Shown piece by piece: positions 8,984 to 18,178 of a stretch of DNA of 64,000 nucleotides; position 1 is the first letter of the stretch, and each line of letters begins with the position of its first letter. A program made the position numbers and the translations under genes. Source of the stretch: Syntrophales bacterium (GTDB lineage Bacteria; Desulfobacterota; Syntrophia; Syntrophales; PHBD01); the NCBI GenBank assembly GCA_963668175.1, contig OY764159.1, positions 640,001 through 704,000 on the forward strand, written 5' to 3'. The notes below the pieces were generated by a model. The model was given only the letters and a program-made list of their open reading frames with translations, was not told where the DNA came from and made no database searches.

Positions 8984-11233
8984 CTATCGCGACAGTTTCC
9001 TGGCCAGCACTTTCCTGGGTTTGACGCCGTCGGAAGGGCCGACCACGCCTTCCAGCTCCATGCGTTCGATGATCCGGGCCGCGCGGTTATAGCCAATTTT
9101 CATGTACCGCTGGACGAGGGAGATGGATGCCTGCCCGAGGTCGGTCACCAGTTCCACGGCTTCGTCATACTTCTCGTCGAAGGCGTCCCCGGGTTTCTCG
9201 TCGCCTGCAGAATCGGGGTTGTATTCGGAAATAGAGCTGTCGTAATCGGGTTTCCGTTGCTTCCTGACAAAGGACACGACCCTGTCGATCTCCTTTTCGG
9301 AGACATAGGCCCCGTGGATGCGGGTAATTTTGGAGGTTCCCGGCGGCATGAAGAGCATGTCGCCTGCACCGAGAAGATTCTCTGCGCCGAGCTGATCGAG
9401 AATGGTCCGGGAATCGACCTTGGACGAAACCTGGAAGGAAATCCGCGTGGGGAAGTTCGCCTTGATGACCCCCGTGATGACGTCCACGGAAGGCCTCTGG
9501 GTGGCCAGAATCAGGTGGATCCCCGCGGCCCTCGCCATCTGGGCGAGTCGCGCCAGGGATTCTTCGACGTTGCGCGATGCCACCATCATCAGGTCAGCAA
9601 GTTCGTCGATGACGACGACGATATAGGGGAGCTTCTTCCCGTCCGCCATACCAGCCGCATCCGGCAGGTCCTGCGCGTCGTCGCCGCTTTCCTGCCCCGG
9701 TTTGGCCTTCTGCAGGGCCGCGAGTTTTTCCCGGGTTCCCTTGTTTTTTTCGATGAGTTTGTTGTAGCTGTCTATGCCCTTGACGCCCGTTTCGCTGATC
9801 GTTATGTAGCGCCGTTCCATCTCTTCCACGGCCCATTTCAGGACCAGGGAGGCTTTCTTGGCGTCCACGACGACCGGGTGCAGGAGATGGGGGATGCCTT
9901 CGTAGGAAGACAGTTCCAGTCGCTTGGGGTCGATCATCAGGAATTTGACTTCATCGGGGCTGCACTTGAAGAGCATGCTGCAGATCATGGCATTGAGGGA
10001 AACGCTCTTGCCCGAGCCCGTCGTCCCGGCAATCAGGAGATGGGGCATTTTGACCAGGTCCGCGATGACGGGAACGCCGACGATGTCTTCCCCCAGGGCG
10101 ATCGGCAGTCTGATCTTGGGGTCCTGAAAGTCCTCGTTGTCCAGGACTTCCCTTAAATGGACCGCCTCCCTTTCGTTGTTGGGGATCTCGATGCCGATGG
10201 CGGCCTTCCCCGGTATGGGTGCCACGATCCGGATACTGGGAGCCCGCAGGGCCAGGGCCAGATCGTCGGTCAGATTCGTGATCTTGTTGATCTTCACCCC
10301 CGGAGCGGGTTCCATTTCATACATCGTAATGACGGGTCCCGGCTTGACTTCGACGACCTTGGCCTCGACGCCGAAGTCGGAGAGCTTCTTCTCCAGAAGC
10401 CGTGAGTTCATGAGCAGGCTTTCCCGTTTCACGCGGGTATCCTTCCGCGAATGGTCGTCGAGCAGCGAGAAAGACGGGAGGTTGAAGACGCCGTCCTGTT
10501 CCAGAAAATCGAAACGGATCTGTTCAATCTTTTTGCGTTTGGGTTTCTTTTCATTTGCAGCCGGAGCCTCCTCTATAAATGGAACTTTAGGTGACTCCAC
10601 CGCTTTTTCCGGGACGGATTGTTTGCGTTCCCTGATCCGGATTTTTGCCCATTCCAATATCCTTTTCCAGGATGTCCACGACCTTTGTCCCAGTACCACA
10701 GTCTTTTGGCTGGCGGAGACGACGGAGAGATCGACGACGGCAATCAGCGACAGTACGAGGATGAGCAACAGAAAGATGAAGGCCCCGACCCCGTTTAGAT
10801 AATTGCTGAAGAAGGTGACGATCATTGAGCCCAACAGGCCGCCCGTCTGGATCTTGGCGCCGTACAGCCGGATATCGCTCAGCGCAAGGGATACGAGACC
10901 GGCCGTCGAGAAAAGGAGACCGGCGATACCGAGGATCAGCAGTCTGGTGATCTTGAACGCATCATCAAGGAAATGCTTGAAGGCGATGATCAGGAAAATG
11001 ATGGGAAGCATCAGGGCGCTGAGGCCGATGAGCTTGATGAGGATGTCGGACGTGTATGCGCCGACGGATCCGAAGATATTCTTGATTTTCTGAACGCCGT
11101 TTACGGAATGACTGAAGGAGGGATCGCTGGGTTGATACGACACGAGGGAAAGAAAAAGGAAAAAAGCCAGGGCAAGGCCGACGATGCCGCACACCTCCCT
11201 TGCTTTACTCGATTTCTTGACCCTTGGTTCCAT
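8984..11233 (-). CDS. ftsK: DNA translocase FtsK
   Basis: N-terminal 4TM domain, HLLIAGTTGSGKS, DELADLM, gamma domain IGYNRAARI. Confidence 0.97.
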   Translation of the reverse strand: MEPRVKKSSKAREVCGIVGLALAFFLFLSLVSYQPSDPSFSHSVNGVQKIKNIFGSVGAYTSDILIKLIGLSALMLPIIFLIIAFKHFLDDAFKITRLLILGIAGLLFSTAGLVSLALSDIRLYGAKIQTGGLLGSMIVTFFSNYLNGVGAFIFLLLILVLSLIAVVDLSVVSASQKTVVLGQRSWTSWKRILEWAKIRIRERKQSVPEKAVESPKVPFIEEAPAANEKKPKRKKIEQIRFDFLEQDGVFNLPSFSLLDDHSRKDTRVKRESLLMNSRLLEKKLSDFGVEAKVVEVKPGPVITMYEMEPAPGVKINKITNLTDDLALALRAPSIRIVAPIPGKAAIGIEIPNNEREAVHLREVLDNEDFQDPKIRLPIALGEDIVGVPVIADLVKMPHLLIAGTTGSGKSVSLNAMICSMLFKCSPDEVKFLMIDPKRLELSSYEGIPHLLHPVVVDAKKASLVLKWAVEEMERRYITISETGVKGIDSYNKLIEKNKGTREKLAALQKAKPGQESGDDAQDLPDAAGMADGKKLPYIVVVIDELADLMMVASRNVEESLARLAQMARAAGIHLILATQRPSVDVITGVIKANFPTRISFQVSSKVDSRTILDQLGAENLLGAGDMLFMPPGTSKITRIHGAYVSEKEIDRVVSFVRKQRKPDYDSSISEYNPDSAGDEKPGDAFDEKYDEAVELVTDLGQASISLVQRYMKIGYNRAARIIERMELEGVVGPSDGVKPRKVLARKLSR

Positions 11234-11238
11234 GCCGA

Positions 11239-12000
11239 TCAGACCGACTTCTTCCTGTCCAAAAAGGCCTTGCCTTTTGCGTAGTTGCCGATGATGGTAT
11301 CCCGCACCCGGGCAATCAGTTCCTGCCGGGTTTCGACGCTGTATTCGGAGACATCCACCGGTTTATCGATGATCATGATCACGTTTTGGGGAATAATCTG
11401 CAGGGAGTTCTTGGGCATGATATCGCCGGTTCCTATAATGGAGATGGGGACGATAGGGACCCCCGATTGCATGGCCAGGTAAAATATCCCCTGCTTGAAA
11501 GGCCTGATGGACCCTTCCTGGCTTCGCGTCCCTTCAGGGAACGTCATGACCGATTTTCCGTCCCTGATCTTTGATGCCGCCACGTCCAGGCCCTTCAGGG
11601 CCTTGTCGTGGTGCTGCCGGTCCAGTTCGATATACCCGGCGACCCGCAGGGCCTTGCCGAAGACGGGAACTTTAAAGAGCTCCCTCTTGATGACCCAGCG
11701 AAACTGGCTGGGGACCTGCGCCAGCAATACGAAGATATCGAAGACGCTGTGGTGGTTGACCATGAAGACCTGAGGCCGTCCCTGCTGTATATTTTCGCTG
11801 CCGATGACCTGGACCCTGACGCTGGTCAGAAGCAGCAGGTACTTGGCCCAAATTCTGGCCAGGCGGTGGATGTTGTTCTCTTCAGTGGTGATGTATGAAA
11901 AGATCAAGGTATTAATGGACATGTACGCCGTCCATGCCAGGCCGATGAACAGGAGAATGGAAGAACGCAGGAGAGAGCCGAATCTGGTTTCGGGGGTCAT
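11239..12000 (-). CDS. plsC: 1-acyl-sn-glycerol-3-phosphate acyltransferase
   Basis: NHxSxxD (NHHSVFD) and FPEGTRS motifs. Confidence 0.9.
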   Translation of the reverse strand: MTPETRFGSLLRSSILLFIGLAWTAYMSINTLIFSYITTEENNIHRLARIWAKYLLLLTSVRVQVIGSENIQQGRPQVFMVNHHSVFDIFVLLAQVPSQFRWVIKRELFKVPVFGKALRVAGYIELDRQHHDKALKGLDVAASKIRDGKSVMTFPEGTRSQEGSIRPFKQGIFYLAMQSGVPIVPISIIGTGDIMPKNSLQIIPQNVIMIIDKPVDVSEYSVETRQELIARVRDTIIGNYAKGKAFLDRKKSV

Positions 12001-12069
12001 GGATGCCGAGCCTCACGAATGGTCATCTGGGTTGTCGCTGTTATCATTTTCGGTCAATAATATTCGCTA

Positions 12070-12098
12070 TTAATACGTGATTAGCCCTTTGAAGTCAA
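12070..12098 (-). promoter_or_regulatory. Putative sigma70 promoter of plsC
   Basis: Minus strand TTGACT-17 bp-TATTAA. Confidence 0.5.
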
Positions 12099-12123
12099 CA
12101 TGGAATCTGGGCTCAAATAATGA

Positions 12124-12152
12124 TTGACAGGACAATACATCTATATTATACA
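12124..12152 (+). promoter_or_regulatory. Putative sigma70 promoter of the por operon
   Basis: TTGACA-17 bp-TATACA about 50 nt before porC. Confidence 0.5.
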
Positions 12153-12200
12153 CACGCTTCTTTAAATAGATAGCGTGAATCCAGTCAGGGAGAATTGCTA

Positions 12201-12746
12201 ATGATTGAGATAAGATGGCATGGAAGAGGGGGCCAAGGTGCGGTGACTTCTGTTGAATTGCTGGCCGTGGCTGCGATTGACGAAGGGAAACATGCCCAGG
12301 CCTTTCCCAGCTTCGGGCCGGAACGCCGCGGCGCGCCGGTGGAGGCGTTCAACCGCGTGGATCAGAAACAGATCAAGGTTCGGTCCCGTATTTACACCCC
12401 TGATGTCGCCGTGGTGCTGGATGAGGGATTGGTCGGTCTCGTCAACGTAACAGCCGGCCTGAAGCCGGACGGAATTTTGATCGTCAATACGTCGAAGACT
12501 GCTGCAGAAGTGAAAAAGACGCTGCAGTACAACGGCAAGATCGCCATCGTCGATGCCACGGGCATCGCCTGGAAAGAACTGGGCGTTCCCATTACCAATA
12601 CAACGATGCTCGGCGCTTTGGTGAAAGTGACCAAGGTTGTCAAGATCGATTCCCTGCGGGCTCCGGTGGAACACCGGTTCGGCCGAATCGCCGGCAAGAA
12701 TATGACGGCCCTGAAGCGGGCTTTCGATGAAGTAAAAATCCAGTAG
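12201..12746 (+). CDS. porC: 2-oxoacid (pyruvate):ferredoxin oxidoreductase gamma subunit
   Basis: EIRWHGRGGQGAVT, FPSFGPERRGAPV, NTTMLGA. Confidence 0.94.
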   Translation: MIEIRWHGRGGQGAVTSVELLAVAAIDEGKHAQAFPSFGPERRGAPVEAFNRVDQKQIKVRSRIYTPDVAVVLDEGLVGLVNVTAGLKPDGILIVNTSKTAAEVKKTLQYNGKIAIVDATGIAWKELGVPITNTTMLGALVKVTKVVKIDSLRAPVEHRFGRIAGKNMTALKRAFDEVKIQ

Positions 12747-12816
12747 CCTTCCTCATTCGCGGAAAAATCAAATCTGTTTGGTTTAAAGATTACTTAGACT
12801 TAACGAGGATAAGAAA

Positions 12817-13104
12817 ATGAAAAAACAGTGGCCAGAAACCTGGAAGGAATATAATCAGGGCGGCATCGTCTACGATGTGGGCAATTCACGGTCCTTCAAG
12901 ACCGGAAGCTGGCGGTCTTTAAGACCGATTTGGGATAACACCAAATGCATCAAGTGCGGCGTTTGCCAACTTTATTGTCCCGAAGGCTGCATCACCGAAG
13001 GCGCAGACGGTTATTTTACGGCCGACCTTGAGTTCTGCAAGGGCTGCGGTATTTGCGCTCATGAGTGCTGGCCTGTTGCCATTACGATGATTGAGGAGGG
13101 ATGA
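12817..13104 (+). CDS. porD: 2-oxoacid:ferredoxin oxidoreductase delta subunit (2x[4Fe-4S])
   Basis: KTGSWR, CIKCGVCQLYCP, CKGCGICAHEC. Confidence 0.94.
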   Translation: MKKQWPETWKEYNQGGIVYDVGNSRSFKTGSWRSLRPIWDNTKCIKCGVCQLYCPEGCITEGADGYFTADLEFCKGCGICAHECWPVAITMIEEG

Positions 13105-13107
13105 GCC

Positions 13108-14274
13108 ATGGCAAAACCCGTTGGGATGGAAGTTGCAGTAGCCGCGGCGGAAGCAGTGGCCTTGTGTAATATTGATGTGGCGGCGGTTTATCCCATCACC
13201 CCCAATACCCATATTGCCGAGCATTTGTCGGAAATCGTGGCGGACGGGAGGCTCGATGCCGAGTTTATCACGGTCGAATCGGAACATTCCGCCCTGAGCG
13301 CCGTTATGGGCGCATCCGGAACCGGTGCCCGGACCTTTACGGCCACGAGTTCCCAGGGGCTCATGTACATGCACGAAATATTGCCGATTGCGCCGGCCAT
13401 GCGCCTGCCCATTGTCATGGCCATCGGCAACCGTGCCGTGTCCGGACCGATCAATATCTGGAACGACCACAGCGATATCATGCTTCAGAGGGATGCCGGC
13501 TGGATCTCCATCTTCGCGCAAAACGGGCAGGAGGCAGTGGATATGTATATCCAGGCCTTCAAGATTGCCGAACATCCCGACGTGATGCTTCCCATCAACG
13601 TCAACATGGACGGATTCCAATTGACCCACGTGGTGGAGCCCATCGTGTTTCCGACCCAGGCGCAGGTGAACAAATTCCTGCCCCCCTATAAACCGTCGGC
13701 GACGCTCCATCCCGACAGGCCCCTTTCCATGGGCACTCTGGGGCTGCCCGAGATATACTCTGAAGCCGTCAAGGCAAGGGATGTGGCCCTTGTGAACAGC
13801 AAAGCCGTTATTTTGAAGATCTGGAAGGAATGGGAGAAGCAATTCGGCCGCAAGTACGAGCCAATCGAACGTTACAAGGTAGACGGCGCCGAAACGCTGA
13901 TCATGACCATGGGATCGATGGGCGAAACGGCGGAAGTGGCCGTTGACGAACTCAGAAAGAAGGGTGTAAAAGTCGGCTTGTTAAAGCTGAAGCTCTGGAG
14001 ACCCTTCCCGTTTGATGATGTCCGTGCGGCGGTGAAGAACTGCAAGACCTTGATCGTGACGGATCGTGCCTTGTCATACGGCGGCCCGGGAGGACCCGTG
14101 GCCTCGGAAGTCCGTGCGGCGCTCTATGCGGAGCCCAAACGTCCGGACGTATTCAATTATATTATCGGCCTCGGCGGTCGCGACGTAAAAGTGGAGGATT
14201 TCATCCAGATGATCGACCAGGCATCCAAGAAGAAGACCGAGCAACCCTATCAACTGTATGGAGTGAGGGGATAA
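13108..14274 (+). CDS. porA: 2-oxoacid:ferredoxin oxidoreductase alpha subunit
   Basis: YPITP, VESEHSA, TATSSQGL, GLGGRD. Confidence 0.95.
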   Translation: MAKPVGMEVAVAAAEAVALCNIDVAAVYPITPNTHIAEHLSEIVADGRLDAEFITVESEHSALSAVMGASGTGARTFTATSSQGLMYMHEILPIAPAMRLPIVMAIGNRAVSGPINIWNDHSDIMLQRDAGWISIFAQNGQEAVDMYIQAFKIAEHPDVMLPINVNMDGFQLTHVVEPIVFPTQAQVNKFLPPYKPSATLHPDRPLSMGTLGLPEIYSEAVKARDVALVNSKAVILKIWKEWEKQFGRKYEPIERYKVDGAETLIMTMGSMGETAEVAVDELRKKGVKVGLLKLKLWRPFPFDDVRAAVKNCKTLIVTDRALSYGGPGGPVASEVRAALYAEPKRPDVFNYIIGLGGRDVKVEDFIQMIDQASKKKTEQPYQLYGVRG

Positions 14275-15269
14275 TGAACATAGCGAACAAATACCAGACG
14301 GGTGTCATTGAAAACTTTGATCTGTATGCTCACAAATTGATCGACAAGGAAGAGTACTTCGCGTCCGGTCATCGCGCCTGCCAGGGATGCGGAGAGGCCT
14401 TGGCCATCCGCCTCATGTGTAAAGCCTTGGGAAAGGAAACGGTCATTGCCAATGCGACGGGTTGCATGGAGGTTATATCGAGCCTCTATCCGACCACGGC
14501 CTGGAAGCTGCCCTGGATCCATGTGGCGTTTCCCAATGCCGCGGCCGTCGGTGCCGGTGTGGAAGCCGGCCTGAAAGCGCTGCGCCGCAAGGGCAAGATT
14601 GCGGACCGCTACGTCAAGACCGTGGCGATAGGCGGCGACGGCGGCACGGTGGACATCGGTCTTCAAGCCCTTTCCGGAGCCATGGAAAGAGGGCACGACA
14701 TGCTCTATGTGTGTTTCGACAACGAGGCCTACATGAATACGGGTATCCAGCGGTCCAGCGCGACCCCCTTCGGTGCCTCGACGACGACCGCCCCGTCCGG
14801 CAAGGCCAGTATCGGCAACAAGACCTGGAAAAAGAATGTTCCGGAGATCATGGTCGCCCATAATATCTCCTATGTGGCCACGGCGTGCCACAGCTATCCG
14901 ATCGACTTTATGAACAAGATCAAGAAGGCCCGGGAAATCAAGGGGCCGGCCTACATTCACTGCCTGTCGGTTTGTCCGACCGGTTGGCGGGTGGGTTCCG
15001 AAGAATGCATCAAAATGGGCCGCCTGGCGGTGGAAACGGGTATCTTCCCCATCTACGAAGTGGAGAACGGAAAATACCGGGTAACGATTGATATGCCGAA
15101 AAAATTGAGACCGGTGACGGATTACATCAAAAAGCAGGGCCGTTTCCGGCACCTGGGACCGGACGATATCCGCGCCATCCAGGAAAGAGTAGATCTCGAA
15201 TACAAGAAATTCATGAACAAGGTTGAATGTTCGAAATCCTGGCTCACGCTGGCCAAGGAGACTCTATAA
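14274..15269 (+). CDS. porB: 2-oxoacid:ferredoxin oxidoreductase beta subunit (TPP-binding)
   Basis: GHRACQGCG, ATGC, GGDG...DNEAYMNTG, CPTGW. Confidence 0.95.
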   Translation: MNIANKYQTGVIENFDLYAHKLIDKEEYFASGHRACQGCGEALAIRLMCKALGKETVIANATGCMEVISSLYPTTAWKLPWIHVAFPNAAAVGAGVEAGLKALRRKGKIADRYVKTVAIGGDGGTVDIGLQALSGAMERGHDMLYVCFDNEAYMNTGIQRSSATPFGASTTTAPSGKASIGNKTWKKNVPEIMVAHNISYVATACHSYPIDFMNKIKKAREIKGPAYIHCLSVCPTGWRVGSEECIKMGRLAVETGIFPIYEVENGKYRVTIDMPKKLRPVTDYIKKQGRFRHLGPDDIRAIQERVDLEYKKFMNKVECSKSWLTLAKETL

Positions 15270-15286
15270 GAGAAGGTGGCTAGATC

Positions 15287-17206
15287 ATGAATAAAGTGGC
15301 ATTCAGCAGTTGGGACGGCAAGATCGCCGATTACAGAAAAGGGAAGAGCGCCAAGCCGGCAAAAGGCAAAGAACCCGTGTGTCCCGTTCAGTACGATGGC
15401 ATGAAGATGAAAGCGATGATGGGATGGAACGGGATGGTCGTTCTGGATGAGAGCGCCGATATTCCTGCGTTGACCCTGGGATATCTCAAGGAAGCCAGGA
15501 AATTGTCCTGCGGCGAATGCTCCGTCTGTATGATCGGCATCGACCGGGTGATGGATATCCTGGAGTCGGTCAAGGCGGGCAAGGGCAGTGCTCAGGACCT
15601 GGCGGAAATCGAGACCATCGCCAAAGGCGTCACGGAAAACGCCAAGTGCAATTTCGGACGTGCTTCGGCTCTCGTGCCGGTCATGGATGCCGTGAAGTAC
15701 TTTAAAGCTGATTTCCTGGCCAAGGACGTGAAGAAGGAAGCCGCGAAGGGTTACGGCGTATCGGTAACGGCACCCTGCATGCAGGCCTGCCCGGCGACGC
15801 TGGATATCCCCGGCTATATCGAACTCATCCGGAACAATAAATTCAAGGAATCCCTGAACCTCATCAGGGAACGGTGCATCCTTCCCGGGGTCATCGGCCG
15901 GGCCTGCACCCATCCCTGTGAAGACGCATGCGTACGCAAGGACATGGATGCCTCACTGTCGATTCGCCTCCTGAAAAAGGCGGCGGCCGATTTCGAACTG
16001 AAAGAGGGTGCAGGTGCCCTTGCCGTTTCCGGAGAGGACAAGAAAGATAAAGTGGCCGTCATCGGCGCAGGTCCGGCCGGTCTGGCGGCGGCTTATCATT
16101 TAAGAAAAATGGGTTATCAGGTTACAGTATTCGAGGCGCTGCCGAAAGGCGGCGGCATGGCCGCCGTCGGCATTCCCGATTACCGTTTACCCAAGGACAT
16201 CCTCAACCACGAAATCGATTTGATCAAAAGGACGGGAGTTGACATCCGCCTGAACTGCAAGATCGACAAAATGGATTGGGCCGATATGCAGAAGAAGGGC
16301 TACAAGGCCGCCTATCTGGCCGTCGGTGCCCATGTGGGAACAAAAGTGGGCTGCGGCGGCGAAGAGATCACCTCCGACGATTTTGTCCAGGGCGCTGAAT
16401 TCTTGAGACGGTTCAGCCTGGGCGAAAAGATCGCGGCGAAAAACAAGGTCGTCATTATCGGCGGCGGCAACGTCGCGCTGGATTGCGCCCGCAGTTGCGT
16501 CCGTCTCGGGTTCAAGGATGTGCAGATCGTCTATCGGCGTTCCCGCAATGAAATGCCCGCAAGCAAAATCGAAATCGAAGAGGCCGAGCAGGAAGGCGTG
16601 AAATTTTCTTTCCTGAAGGCCCCGGTCAATATCGTCAGGAAAGCCGGCAAGGTGACGGGGATCGAATGCATCAAGATGAAGTTGGGTGAACCGGACGCCA
16701 GCGGCAGGAAGCGGCCGATACCGATCAAGGGTTCCGAATCCACGATCGCGACGGACATGATCATCGCCGCAACGGGCCAGAAACCGGATGTGGATCTCTT
16801 AAAGGGAAAGAATGCCGTCCAGTTGACCGACTGGGGCACCATCATGGCCAAAGCGGCAGCGGGATTCGAGACGAATGTTGCCGGAATCTTCGCCGGCGGC
16901 GATTGCGTGAGCGGCCCGGCCACACTGATCGAGGCCCTCAATATGGGCAACAAGGCCGCCCAGGGTATCGATGCCTATCTGCAGGGGAGAAAGGTTCCCG
17001 CCGAAATATCCCTGGAGGGATTGAATACGAAAGCCCAGAGAAATTCCGGGTTCGTCCCGAAAGAGGTCGCCGCAGGCGTCTCATTCCTGGAGCCCAAAAC
17101 ACGGATGAATACATTCGCCGAGGTTGAGGGCGCATTCGGCGTACCCGATGCGATCAAAGAGGCGGGACGCTGTCTGCGATGCTATCGGCTGATGATCTGG
17201 GAGTAA
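15287..17206 (+). CDS. SfrB-like NADPH-dependent FeS flavoprotein (NuoF-type 4Fe-4S domain fused to a GltD-like domain)
   Basis: N-terminal VAFSSW...MGWNG recalls Geobacter SfrB; SCGECSVC...C cluster; PCMQACP/GRACTHPCEDAC; GAGPAG FAD site; GGGNVA and YRRS NADPH site; EAGRCLRC. Confidence 0.85.
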   Translation: MNKVAFSSWDGKIADYRKGKSAKPAKGKEPVCPVQYDGMKMKAMMGWNGMVVLDESADIPALTLGYLKEARKLSCGECSVCMIGIDRVMDILESVKAGKGSAQDLAEIETIAKGVTENAKCNFGRASALVPVMDAVKYFKADFLAKDVKKEAAKGYGVSVTAPCMQACPATLDIPGYIELIRNNKFKESLNLIRERCILPGVIGRACTHPCEDACVRKDMDASLSIRLLKKAAADFELKEGAGALAVSGEDKKDKVAVIGAGPAGLAAAYHLRKMGYQVTVFEALPKGGGMAAVGIPDYRLPKDILNHEIDLIKRTGVDIRLNCKIDKMDWADMQKKGYKAAYLAVGAHVGTKVGCGGEEITSDDFVQGAEFLRRFSLGEKIAAKNKVVIIGGGNVALDCARSCVRLGFKDVQIVYRRSRNEMPASKIEIEEAEQEGVKFSFLKAPVNIVRKAGKVTGIECIKMKLGEPDASGRKRPIPIKGSESTIATDMIIAATGQKPDVDLLKGKNAVQLTDWGTIMAKAAAGFETNVAGIFAGGDCVSGPATLIEALNMGNKAAQGIDAYLQGRKVPAEISLEGLNTKAQRNSGFVPKEVAAGVSFLEPKTRMNTFAEVEGAFGVPDAIKEAGRCLRCYRLMIWE

Positions 17207-17233
17207 AAGGAAATACAAGAAAAGGGGTCATAA

Positions 17234-17941
17234 ATGGTAAAGTTCACGATTGATGGGCGTAAAGTTGAAGGCAAGGAAGGCTCGGTCATCCTGCAAAATG
17301 CGCGAGCGTTGTCGATAGATATTCCCACGCTCTGCTACCATGATGAAGTGAGTCCCTTTGGGGCATGCCGCCTGTGTACCGTGGAAGTCAAAACGAACGG
17401 CAAGTGGCAGCTGGCGGCCTCGTGCACGACGGAAATCGCCCCGGGCATGGAAATCAATACCAAGTCGGACCGGGTCCAGGCGAGCCGCAAACTGGCCGCC
17501 GAGCTTCTTTATTATAAATATCCGCAAACAAAGGCGGTGTATGAGATAGCCCGTAAGCTCGGTGTTGCCGTAGGGGAACTGGCGGCGGACAATCGTGATT
17601 GTATCCTTTGCGGTCTCTGTGCGCGGACTTGCCGCGAGGTCGTCGGGGTTTGCGCCCTGACATTCCAGGATCGGGGCTTGGGACGGGACGTGGAAACACC
17701 CAAGATCGAATTCGTGGCCGATGCCTGCATCGGATGCGGTTCCTGCGCTTATGTCTGTCCGACCGGTTTCGTCAAGATGGAAACCACCGGTGACAAACGC
17801 ATGATCTGGGACAAAGTGTTCAAGATGGCCATCTGCAAAGTCTGCGGCCGCTACTTTGCTCCCCTGGATCAACTGGAGTTCATCAGCAAGAAGACGGGTG
17901 TGCCTCTGGAAAAGCTCATGACCTGCGTTAGCTGCCGTTAA
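17234..17941 (+). CDS. NuoG/SfrA/HydA N-terminal-like FeS protein ([2Fe-2S] + 2x[4Fe-4S]), no catalytic domain
   Basis: IPTLCYH...GACRLC...ASC; CILCGLCARTC; CIGCGSCAYVCP; extra CKVC and CVSC. Confidence 0.85.
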   Translation: MVKFTIDGRKVEGKEGSVILQNARALSIDIPTLCYHDEVSPFGACRLCTVEVKTNGKWQLAASCTTEIAPGMEINTKSDRVQASRKLAAELLYYKYPQTKAVYEIARKLGVAVGELAADNRDCILCGLCARTCREVVGVCALTFQDRGLGRDVETPKIEFVADACIGCGSCAYVCPTGFVKMETTGDKRMIWDKVFKMAICKVCGRYFAPLDQLEFISKKTGVPLEKLMTCVSCR

Positions 17942-17966
17942 GCGCGACCGCCAACACAAAGGTTGT

Positions 17967-17994
17967 TTGAAAAAGGAAAATAGTGTAGTAAAAT
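17967..17994 (+). promoter_or_regulatory. Putative sigma70 promoter of tRNA-Asn
   Basis: TTGAAA-16 bp-TAAAAT just upstream of the tRNA. Confidence 0.55.
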
Positions 17995-18008
17995 AACCTA
18001 CCGAATAT

Positions 18009-18084
18009 TCCTCAGTAGCTCAGTCGGTAGAGCAGATGGCTGTTAACCATCGGGTCCGTGGTTCGAGTCCGCGCTGGGGAGCCA
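18009..18084 (+). tRNA. tRNA-Asn(GTT)
   Basis: 76 nt cloverleaf; acceptor TCCTCAG/CTGGGGA, anticodon arm GATGG-CT GTT AA-CCATC, GGTTCGAGT T-arm, encoded CCA. Confidence 0.97.
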
Positions 18085-18091
18085 AAAAACC

Positions 18092-18125
18092 AAAAGCCCC
18101 TTGACTTGTTGTCAAGGGGCTTTTT
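18092..18125. terminator. Bidirectional intrinsic terminator between tRNA-Asn and the MCP gene
   Basis: AAAAGCCCCTTGAC-ttgtt-GTCAAGGGGCTTTTT perfect stem with A/T tails. Confidence 0.88.
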
Positions 18126-18178
18126 CAATTCCATGGTTACATTTGCCGAGAGACAGAGTCACGTCCGGGACGGGCTTC

